Source: a virus (Duplodnaviria > Heunggongvirae > Uroviricota > Caudoviricetes). Taken from it: a stretch of DNA of 64,000 nt. The DNA lies in the IMG/VR virus record IMGVR_UViG_3300035502_000737; one strand, given 5' to 3'. Made by a program: the position numbers and the translations under genes. The stretch's first letter is position 1, and every line of letters starts with the position of its first letter. Shown here piece by piece: positions 52,003 through 59,604 of the stretch. The notes beneath the pieces were generated by a model. The model was not told where the DNA came from. It did no database searches and worked only from the letters and a program-made list of their open reading frames with translations.

Positions 52003-52060
52003 GTTTTACGATATTTTGTTGTTGTTCTAATTTTATATCTAATGCTATGAAACACACACA

Positions 52061-52133
52061 TGCAAGCGTAGCACAATTGGTAGTGTACTGCTCTCCAAAA
52101 GCAGTGGTTGAACGTTCGAGTCGTTCCGCTTGT
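52061..52133 (+). tRNA. tRNA-Trp (anticodon CCA)
   Basis: AC arm ctgct-ctCCAaa-agcag, T-arm gaacg-ttcgagt-cgttc. Confidence 0.7.
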
Positions 52134-52167
52134 GCAAAAGATTATTACTAAATAAACAATTGAAACC

Positions 52168-52419
52168 ATGAACGAAGTATTGAAAAAATCAGTGGACTTG
52201 ATGCTGTCCGAAGACTACAAGGAAAGAGTCATAGCAGAGCATATGCAGCTAAAGAATAGAATAGAAGGACTAGAGGGAATGTTAGGCAAGTGGAATGAAG
52301 GGACCCTTCCGTTCGTTCCGAAATCATCCAAGTCAACCTTTGAAATCCAACTCAAGGCGATGAAATTGTATCTTGAGTGCCTTGAAGATAGAATGAAGGA
52401 TGACGAAATTAAAATTTGA
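52168..52419 (+). CDS. small hypothetical protein
   Basis: ORF. Confidence 0.3.
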   Translation: MNEVLKKSVDLMLSEDYKERVIAEHMQLKNRIEGLEGMLGKWNEGTLPFVPKSSKSTFEIQLKAMKLYLECLEDRMKDDEIKI

Positions 52420-52522
52420 GTATCTCTCATGATATTTATATTCGGAAACGTACAGCAAGCAATTTAAATTTTATTTTCATGAAAAAAAAAAAATAAACTA
52501 GAACAAACGTTTCCTACTTTTC

Positions 52523-52594
52523 GCGGATGTAGCACAATGGGTAGTGCAACAGACTTCCACTCTGTTGATGACAGTTCGATTCTGTTCATCCGCT
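52523..52594 (+). tRNA. tRNA-Gly (anticodon TCC)
   Basis: acceptor gcggatg/catccgc, AC arm acaga-ctTCCac-tctgt. Confidence 0.7.
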
Positions 52595-52598
52595 CTTT

Positions 52599-52680
52599 GC
52601 TCGATTGGCGAAATTGGAATACGCGCCACATTTAGGATGTGGTTCCGAAAGGAGTGTCGGTTCGATTCCGACATCGAGCA
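52599..52680 (+). tRNA. tRNA-Leu (anticodon TAG), class II with variable arm
   Basis: acceptor gctcgat/atcgagc, AC arm ccaca-ttTAGga-tgtgg, variable hairpin ttccgaaaggag. Confidence 0.7.
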
Positions 52681-52736
52681 CGCATTTTTCTTTTAATGAA
52701 ATTTGGCCAATATGCAAAAATGCAAAAACTGCGCAT

Positions 52737-52802
52737 GCTCTATAGTTTAATAAGAACGCGGACTGAAAATCCGAGATGTGAGGTGTAAATCCCACTAGAG
52801 CT
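52737..52802 (+). ncRNA. 66-nt truncated tRNA-like element (possible anticodon GAA/Phe; reduced D- and T-arms)
   Basis: 6-bp acceptor gctcta/tagagc, AC arm cgga-ctGAAaa-tccg, non-canonical T region. Confidence 0.3.
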
Positions 52803-52806
52803 ATTT

Positions 52807-52878
52807 GCCCTTGTAGTTCAATGGATAGAACTACGCACTCCTAACGCGTCGATTTGGGTTCGATTCCCAACGGGGGTA
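52807..52878 (+). tRNA. tRNA-Arg (anticodon CCT)
   Basis: acceptor gcccttg/cgggggt (three G-U), D gttc-aatggata-gaac, AC loop ctCCTaa, T ttggg-ttcgatt-cccaa. Confidence 0.6.
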
Positions 52879-52912
52879 CAAAATTGCACTTATTTAATTA
52901 AAAAAAAACGAT

Positions 52913-54154
52913 ATGATTTTCAGAGCCATAAAAATACGGTTATACCCGAATCGAGAGCAGCAAGTGTCGATGAACAAGACGCTTGGCTGTTACCGCTTTG
53001 TATATAACCAAATGTTGGCTCGGAAAATCAACGCCTACGAGGAAGATAAAACAAACTTGGGACTGTGCGAACTGTCGAAATTCTTTCACGGCGAACTTCT
53101 CAAACAAGAGGATTGCGTATGGCTGAACGAGCAGAATACAAAGGTCATGAATCAAGCTATTAGGCAGATGCTCGTTGCATTCAAGAACTTCTTTGAAGGA
53201 CGAGGATTTCCTCACTTCAAACGGAAGTCTGACGCGCAGACTGCACTCTTCCCGTATGGCGCAATTTCGAAAAAGAATACCTTCACAAAGAAAACAATAT
53301 CCCTTACAACCGCGTTGAAAGACGTTAAGTTCCGTTGCTCGAACAAGATGTTCGAGCGCTTGCAACGATACAAGGACCACATCAAGAGTGCTACATTGTC
53401 GAAAACCAAGACACGTAAGTACGAATTGTCTGTCCTCATTGAAATGGAAGAATCGGAACTTGCTCGCTATCAGCACACGGGAAAGAGTGTTGGCATTGAC
53501 CTCGGCGTCAAGGATTTAGTTGTCACTTCTGACGGCAAGCGCTTTGAGAACAAGCACTTCAGCAAGGCAGAGAAGCGCAAGGTGGCTAAGCTCTCGAAGC
53601 AGTTGTCCAAGAAGCAAAAAGGTTCTAACAACCGCGAGAAGGCACGCTTGAGGCTTGCCAAGGTCTACGAGAAGATTGCCAACAGACGCAAGGATTACCT
53701 TCATCAGATTGTGAACGCCTTGCTTCGTGAGTACGACACGGTGTTCATGGAGAACTTGAACGTAAGTGGCATGCTTAAGAATCACAAGTTGGCTTATGCC
53801 ATCCAAGAGCTTGGGTTGTCTTTGTTCAAGGCCTTGCTAAAAGACAAGGCTGCGCTCAACGGGAAAGCCGTTGTCGAGATTGGACGTTTCTTCCCGTCGA
53901 GCCAACTGTGCAGTCAATGCGGTTACAGATATCGTAACCTACGTCTTTCAGAGCGTCAGTGGCACTGTCCACAGTGTGACAGTGACCTTGACCGTGATGT
54001 CAATGCAGCGAGGAATATCTTGCGTGAAGGTGAAAGAAATGTAGGCGCCCGTAGCGCCGAATTAACGCTTGTGGACTACCCTCCCATGGATGAACGTTCT
54101 GCCTTGCAGAATCTAAAAAGTGGTGGTAGGATGAAGCAAGAAGCGAAAGACTAA
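52913..54154 (+). CDS. tnpB: IS200/IS605-family TnpB (OrfB) RNA-guided nuclease
   Basis: N-term MIFRAIKIRLYPNREQ, RuvC motifs, C-terminal zinc finger CSQCGYRY...CPQCDSDLDRDVNAARNI. Confidence 0.8.
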   Translation: MIFRAIKIRLYPNREQQVSMNKTLGCYRFVYNQMLARKINAYEEDKTNLGLCELSKFFHGELLKQEDCVWLNEQNTKVMNQAIRQMLVAFKNFFEGRGFPHFKRKSDAQTALFPYGAISKKNTFTKKTISLTTALKDVKFRCSNKMFERLQRYKDHIKSATLSKTKTRKYELSVLIEMEESELARYQHTGKSVGIDLGVKDLVVTSDGKRFENKHFSKAEKRKVAKLSKQLSKKQKGSNNREKARLRLAKVYEKIANRRKDYLHQIVNALLREYDTVFMENLNVSGMLKNHKLAYAIQELGLSLFKALLKDKAALNGKAVVEIGRFFPSSQLCSQCGYRYRNLRLSERQWHCPQCDSDLDRDVNAARNILREGERNVGARSAELTLVDYPPMDERSALQNLKSGGRMKQEAKD

Positions 54155-54400
54155 GTTTTTCTTAGAGTTTTGCATATGATGACATCGTGAATATTTCGTT
54201 TACATGGAGCGATACTAAAGAAGGGAAACAATATTGGCAAAGGTTGAATGAAAAATTAATCGAGCGAACTGCAAAATATTACTTACATTCCAACAAAGAC
54301 GACAGAAATTCAATAATTAGTAAAGGCAAACTTTTAGAAGCTTTACGCCATCGTTGCCGTTTGGGTGAATTTCTTTATGAAAAAGTGAAATATAACTGAA
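52913..54400 (+). mobile_element. tnpB-only IS605-like element inserted in tRNA array (ends not determined; no tnpA)
   Basis: solo TnpB between tRNA-Arg and tRNA-His. Confidence 0.4.
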
Positions 54401-54433
54401 TAATACATACGCTAAAATTTGGTTTTACCAATA

Positions 54434-54458
54434 TTTTAGTATATCTTTGCGATGTAGA
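54434..54458 (+). promoter_or_regulatory. phage consensus promoter upstream of second tRNA group
   Basis: ttttagtatatctttgcgatgtagaag. Confidence 0.45.
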
Positions 54459-54490
54459 AGTTTCAGACCGTACATTGCAAGAGTGTACAT

Positions 54491-54562
54491 GGAGTTACTA
54501 GTTTAACGGCAAAACCTCTGTTTGTGGTTCAGATGTTGTAGGTTCGACTCCTGCGTAGCTCC
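54491..54562 (+). tRNA. tRNA-His (anticodon GTG) with encoded G-1
   Basis: extra 5' G pairing with discriminator C; AC loop ttGTGgt; T-arm gtagg-ttcgact-cctgc. Confidence 0.55.
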
Positions 54563-54573
54563 CAAATGGATTT

Positions 54574-54645
54574 CTTTTCGTCATCTAATGGTAAGGATAC
54601 ATATCTTATACATATGTTATCGAGGTTCAAGTCCTCGCGAAAAGA
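54574..54645 (+). tRNA. tRNA-Ile (anticodon TAT) or similar
   Basis: acceptor cttttcg/cgaaaag, AC arm catat-ctTATac-atatg, T-arm cgagg-ttcaagt-cctcg. Confidence 0.5.
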
Positions 54646-54937
54646 CAATTTTTTATAAAATATATTTTATATTATGAAATATAAGGCAATTTTTGAACGG
54701 AACCAAGACAGAGAAGTTCTCGGAACATTTAATGACAAGAAGACGGCAATTGACAAGCTCATCGAGCGTGGAGAAGATGACTATTGTCTAGATAAGAAGG
54801 AGATTCGGATTGCAGCGCTTGAGGAGCGTGGATTCTGCCTATGCGGATGCGGTCCAAGTATGCTCATGATTGAAGAGATTGAGTGAACGTGTTAATAAAT
54901 TTCTTAATATTTTTTGAGGGCCGTTATGTGTTATGTA

Positions 54938-55008
54938 GGCGGAATAGTTTAATGGTAAAACGCTTGATTTGTAATCATGAGTTCAGAGTTCGAGTCTCTG
55001 TTTTGCCT
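54938..55008 (+). tRNA. tRNA-Thr (anticodon TGT), CCA encoded
   Basis: acceptor ggcggaa/ttttgcc (G-U pairs), AC loop ttTGTaa, T-arm cagag-ttcgagt-ctctg, followed by cca. Confidence 0.55.
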
Positions 55009-55338
55009 CCATTTCATTCTAGGCAATGAGCTATCCAAGTAGTTTGTTGCTTATTTTTTGTATATGAGGTGTTTTAAGAAAAATTAACAGCTATAATTTG
55101 TTCTAATCAATTTATTTTAATATATTTGCATTTTGAAATCAAAACTTAAAAACATTTAAAGACATGAGAGGCGAAAAAGATTTTAATGTTGGAGGTGTGG
55201 ATTATCACCTTCAATTTTACAATGGCTACAATGGCCATGATTACGTCACGGTGTATGGAAACGGAAATTACATGGGGCAGATGGTTGATGTTTGCATCGG
55301 AGATTCCAATATTCTTATACATTTAAAGAAATTCATCG

Positions 55339-55992
55339 ATGAGAACTCTTGATGCTTTCAGTGAATCAAGACTCTTACATTATTATATTATTTATAACGA
55401 TTATATGCTTTTCAAATTTTTACTTTTCATTATATTGGTTGGCGTTGTCGCCTACTTGTGTTATACCGAGTTCAGAAACAAGAAGTTTGCCAAACAGCCT
55501 CTTCGAAACTTCCCGTTCATCTATCGAGGAAGGGAGTTTTGGTATTCAAGAGCATGTGCTGTGACTAGTTTTGTATTCTGTCAGAATAAGGAAGGGAAAT
55601 GGTGTGTCCTTGCCAACAAGAGAGGAAGCGGAACACCCGATTTCCAAGGCTATTGGAACTGTCCTTGCGGTTATCTTGACTTCAACGAGGACGGTGAGGG
55701 AGCTGCAATCAGAGAGACATTCGAGGAATGTGGCATCAAGATAGACAGAAGTGAGATTCACTTTGTGGGAGTCAATTCTCTTCCGACGCAGAACAAGCAG
55801 AATGTAAGTCTCCGTTATGTGACGATGATTAACGGCATTGCGGAGAACTTTGACTTGAATGACAAGGCGTCTGAGAAGAATGAGGTGAAGGAAATAAAGT
55901 GGATTCCCCTTGATGAGATTGAAAACTACAAGTGGGCGTTCGGTCACGACGAGCTTGTGGATGAAATGTATGCGTACGGTGAAAAGTTGTAA
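55339..55992 (+). CDS. NUDIX hydrolase with N-terminal TM segment
   Basis: Nudix box GYLDFNEDGEGAAIRETFEECGI (Gx5Ex7REUxEExGU). Confidence 0.6.
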   Translation: MRTLDAFSESRLLHYYIIYNDYMLFKFLLFIILVGVVAYLCYTEFRNKKFAKQPLRNFPFIYRGREFWYSRACAVTSFVFCQNKEGKWCVLANKRGSGTPDFQGYWNCPCGYLDFNEDGEGAAIRETFEECGIKIDRSEIHFVGVNSLPTQNKQNVSLRYVTMINGIAENFDLNDKASEKNEVKEIKWIPLDEIENYKWAFGHDELVDEMYAYGEKL

Positions 55993-55997
55993 GAGTC

Positions 55998-56822
55998 ATG
56001 GGAAAGGCATTATTATTCTTGGCCGCATTGTTGGCTTATGACGCGGTTGATGCGCAGATTATAGAGAACGCTCCTTTTACGGACAATATGTTTATCAGCG
56101 TTCAGAGCGGCGTGGACGGTTCTTTGAAACCTATCTCCAATGGATATGGAAACTTTGGAAAGTCCATTCAGAATTATACAACCGTGAGATTGGGTAAGTG
56201 GGTGAATCCTTGCCTTGGGTTTGAGCTTGACGGAAGTATGGGATTTCAGAAGAGTCCCACCTTTGTGGAGCATTCCAATATTGGACTCAACGCCTTGGTG
56301 AATGTGAACAACTTGTGCCATCCTTTCAGAGGAGAGTGTGACAAGACGGAGTTTGTTCCTTTCATTGGCATTGGTTGGCATCATACCTATGATTATGTTT
56401 CCAACAACATTTCTTGCAAGTTCGGTGGTCAAGTGAACTTCAATTTCGGAAGTGAGAAGCAGTGGCAGTTCAACATTATTCCTTCCTTCTGTTATGTGTT
56501 GACCAACAACAAGGCGAATAGGGTGACGGCATCAAAGGTGGGTTTCGATTCGAAGAGGGCCATTGTTGCCTTGCAAGTCGGCTTCACCTATAAGTTCAAG
56601 AACAAGAGCGGTTCGAGAAACTTTGACGTATCACCCTACTTCTATACCCAAGACGAGTTCGATGACTTGAGCAATGAGGTGACGAGGCGTGACAAGGTAA
56701 TTATTTCGCAAGAAAACGAGATAAAAGCGTTGAAGCAGATAATTAGTGATAAGGACAAGAAACTCAGCGAGCATAATCGAGTGATTAAGGAAACCTTGAT
56801 ATATAAAGAACCTAACAAATAA
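55998..56822 (+). CDS. secreted protein with signal peptide, OMP/beta-barrel-like N-domain and C-terminal coiled coil
   Basis: signal peptide MGKALLFLAALLAYDAVDAQ. Confidence 0.4.
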   Translation: MGKALLFLAALLAYDAVDAQIIENAPFTDNMFISVQSGVDGSLKPISNGYGNFGKSIQNYTTVRLGKWVNPCLGFELDGSMGFQKSPTFVEHSNIGLNALVNVNNLCHPFRGECDKTEFVPFIGIGWHHTYDYVSNNISCKFGGQVNFNFGSEKQWQFNIIPSFCYVLTNNKANRVTASKVGFDSKRAIVALQVGFTYKFKNKSGSRNFDVSPYFYTQDEFDDLSNEVTRRDKVIISQENEIKALKQIISDKDKKLSEHNRVIKETLIYKEPNK

Positions 56823-56850
56823 TTTTATATTTTATATTTTAAAAACAACG

Positions 56851-57021
56851 ATGAAAAAGTTATTTTTGATTGCCACTATTGCAATGGTTTGCGGTATGGC
56901 TGCTTGCACAAGCAAGGTAAACAACGAATCTGCTGATGCTGCTACAGATTCCATCGAGGCACAATTAGATTCTGTTGACATTCAGCCGACTGACTCACTT
57001 GCATTAGAATGCGAAGATTGA
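56851..57021 (+). CDS. small lipoprotein (56 aa), not in ORF track (<60 aa)
   Basis: MKKLFLIATIAMVCGMAACTS lipobox; followed by terminator. Confidence 0.4.
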   Translation: MKKLFLIATIAMVCGMAACTSKVNNESADAATDSIEAQLDSVDIQPTDSLALECED

Positions 57022-57045
57022 TGGTTAATCTTTGTTAAGCAAAAG

Positions 57046-57088
57046 GAAATAACGGAACTATTATTTGGTGGTTCCGTTATTTTTTTTG
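57046..57088 (+). terminator. rho-independent terminator
   Basis: aataacggaac/gttccgttatt stem + tttttttt. Confidence 0.7.
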
Positions 57089-57137
57089 TAGTTTTGCGTA
57101 TGAATAATAGAATTTTATAATTAAATGTGAAACTGTA

Positions 57138-57770
57138 ATGAAAAGGTGTTTGATTTTATTATTAGTGTTGGTTGGGATTTGCATGGAAAGCTATTCACAA
57201 TGCTTTCCGCATCACCATCATTTTCCAATGTTCCCCACGTTCTTCTTCCATAGGACAGTGGTAATGGAAGCTCCCGTGCAATATGTATATGTGGAACATC
57301 CGCATCCACAAGTGCAAGTGATTGTGGAAAGGAGAAGGGTTCAGCAACCCAATGTGGTATATGTAAATGCCGAGGAGAGTATAAGGTCTTCTCAAGATGA
57401 GGTAATCAATCCCAACGATTATGCCAATACGGTATCTTACTCGGAAATGTGGAAGGAATCTGTATGGTTCAATGAGGATTGCTATAAAATTGACAAGACG
57501 TACAACAAGCTTACCCTTGACAATGTGGCCCAATTCTTAAAGGAGCACATGGATGCGGAAATCACCATCCATGGATACGCGAGCAAGAAGCACGGCACTT
57601 ATGAGTACAACAAGAGATTGTCTTCGAAAAGATGCGTGGAGACAAGGAACTACTTGGTTTCCACCTACGGGATAAGCAAGGAAAGAATCGGGCTTGAGGT
57701 TCTTGGTACAGACAATCCTCAGTACTACGCTGACAATTGGAATCAATGTGTGGTAATCACATGCGAATGA
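57138..57770 (+). CDS. secreted His-rich protein with C-terminal OmpA-like domain
   Basis: signal peptide; HHHH segment; TIHGYASKKHGTYEYNKRLSSKRCVETRNYL OmpA-C-like. Confidence 0.45.
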   Translation: MKRCLILLLVLVGICMESYSQCFPHHHHFPMFPTFFFHRTVVMEAPVQYVYVEHPHPQVQVIVERRRVQQPNVVYVNAEESIRSSQDEVINPNDYANTVSYSEMWKESVWFNEDCYKIDKTYNKLTLDNVAQFLKEHMDAEITIHGYASKKHGTYEYNKRLSSKRCVETRNYLVSTYGISKERIGLEVLGTDNPQYYADNWNQCVVITCE

Positions 57771-57814
57771 AATAAAACCGCTGCTTTCTATCATAAGTAA
57801 CACTTTCATTTTCA

Positions 57815-57853
57815 CCTCCGAAGGTACATGACAATATCTTCGGAGGTTTTTTG
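57815..57853 (+). terminator. rho-independent terminator
   Basis: cctccgaag/cttcggagg stem + ttttttg. Confidence 0.7.
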
Positions 57854-57926
57854 TTATCTGTTGATTAAATGTTAATAAACGCTAAATATTAAAGAAAGTT
57901 ACCTTCCTCCCTTGATACCCAAAATA

Positions 57927-57950
57927 ACTTTGTATATCTTTGCGGTGTAT
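57927..57950 (+). promoter_or_regulatory. phage consensus promoter (aactttgtatatctttgcggtg)
   Basis: motif; implies start ATG 57979. Confidence 0.45.
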
Positions 57951-57978
57951 GAAAGACAGAAATAAAGAAATCAACCTA

Positions 57979-58224
57979 ATGGCACTCGGAGAGGTGTTCG
58001 TAGATTCCATCAAGGATGACATCGGCAAGGTATCCGAAATCTTGGTTAGGTTGAAGCACAAGGACAAGACAGTCCTTGACTCGGTTATAAAGACAAATCC
58101 TAAAGATTTAGGCAACACCCTTGTGGAAGTGTTCGGAAAGTCGCTTGCGGATGTAAGCGACGTGGAGGTTTCGTACATTGCCGAAGGGGTTGAAAAGAGA
58201 ATTAATGGAATCAGCATTGTTTAA
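57979..58224 (+). CDS. small hypothetical protein
   Basis: ORF after promoter. Confidence 0.35.
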   Translation: MALGEVFVDSIKDDIGKVSEILVRLKHKDKTVLDSVIKTNPKDLGNTLVEVFGKSLADVSDVEVSYIAEGVEKRINGISIV

Positions 58225-58247
58225 CAATTTTATCAAAACAAACAAAC

Positions 58248-59594
58248 ATGGATAGCTCGGTTATCATCACCAACACAGCGACAGATGTGATTGATGCACA
58301 AGTGGAGACCGTAGTCGAAGAGAAGGGGGAGGACAAGGTGAAAGCCAATGAAAGTTCTGAAAAGCAGAAGACTGATGAAACAAAGCCGAAGGCAAGTACC
58401 GATGACGGTATCAAGCTTGACTGCTTGGACAAGGAGTTGGCTTATGAAATGATGTCCATGCCCACATACAGCGGACACGAGTCAAGATTTGTCACCTATC
58501 TTGTACTGTGGGCTAGGAAGCATGGGATTTCCTATCAATTCGACGATTACGGGAATCTCTATTTCAAAAAGGGAGAGGTTAATGAAGGGGAATTCTACCC
58601 GTGTGTGACTTCCCACCTAGACACAGTTCAAGACAGACAAGGAACCTATGCGTTGGCTGGACAACCTCTTGAAATCAAGACGCGTGTTTCCAAGGGAAAA
58701 CATGAGATGTATCTTGACGATTGCGGTATCGGAGCGGACTGCAAGACGGGCGTTCTCATCTGTCTTACTATCTTTGACCACGCGGATGTCCTCAAGGGAT
58801 GTTTCTTCCTCCAAGAGGAAACTGGAATGCAAGGTTCTCGTGAGCTTGACGTCAATTGGTTCAATGACGTTGGCTATGTGATTGGATTCGATTCTCCCGA
58901 CTTCAACAGAGCGGCATACGCGTGCAGCGGAACGCTCTTGTTTGACACGGAGTTCTTCGAGAGTAACATTCGAGACATTTGCAAGAGTTTCGGAGTGGAT
59001 GACTTTAGGTCAGAGCCGTTTACGGATGTGGTGCAGATTCGCGATAAGACGGATATCATATGCATGAACTTCGGAAACGGAGGATACTTGGCCCACAGCA
59101 AGTCTGAGTATATGGTCATTGAAGAGACGAACGAAGTCTGCAAGATGGGTATTGCACTCGTGAAGCATCTTGGATTCAAACAGTTCAAACTGTCTTCAAA
59201 GACTATTGGAGCATATACGCAATCCGCCTATTATTCCAAGTGGCACAATCCCTCATATTTAACGCCGTCGAGCAAATACAGCCTCAATTCGGTTTATGGA
59301 TATTACGGCGGAGGAACGAGCTATGATGAGGATGGCATGTTCTATGAGGAATACTACAGTCCCACCAAAAAGAATAAGGAGGAATCGAAGTCTGCATTTG
59401 CCAACTCGAAGGCTATCGGAGCCGACAAGAAGGATAATACCAATTTTGTATCCTTTGACGTGTTCGAATATGCGCTTGAAAAATACAAGAAGCACTGCGA
59501 CGGATTGAAGGAGGGAGTTGAAAAGCGCTGCAAGGAGCTTGGAGTTGACTTCAAAAAGTTCGAGGACTTGTTTGACATCGACATCAAATTTTAA
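58248..59594 (+). CDS. M20/M42-family metallopeptidase-like protein
   Basis: SHLDTV (H-x-D), GIGADCKTGV (GxxDxKxG), LQEETG (EE) metal-ligand motifs in canonical order. Confidence 0.5.
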   Translation: MDSSVIITNTATDVIDAQVETVVEEKGEDKVKANESSEKQKTDETKPKASTDDGIKLDCLDKELAYEMMSMPTYSGHESRFVTYLVLWARKHGISYQFDDYGNLYFKKGEVNEGEFYPCVTSHLDTVQDRQGTYALAGQPLEIKTRVSKGKHEMYLDDCGIGADCKTGVLICLTIFDHADVLKGCFFLQEETGMQGSRELDVNWFNDVGYVIGFDSPDFNRAAYACSGTLLFDTEFFESNIRDICKSFGVDDFRSEPFTDVVQIRDKTDIICMNFGNGGYLAHSKSEYMVIEETNEVCKMGIALVKHLGFKQFKLSSKTIGAYTQSAYYSKWHNPSYLTPSSKYSLNSVYGYYGGGTSYDEDGMFYEEYYSPTKKNKEESKSAFANSKAIGADKKDNTNFVSFDVFEYALEKYKKHCDGLKEGVEKRCKELGVDFKKFEDLFDIDIKF

Positions 59595-59604
59595 TTGGAT
59601 TTTT

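Noticed and set aside
50081-55011. tRNAs as prophage attachment sites / integrase nearby
   Set aside because: No integrase or recombinase was recognised. The tRNAs form a phage-encoded expression array behind phage promoters rather than a host tRNA att site.
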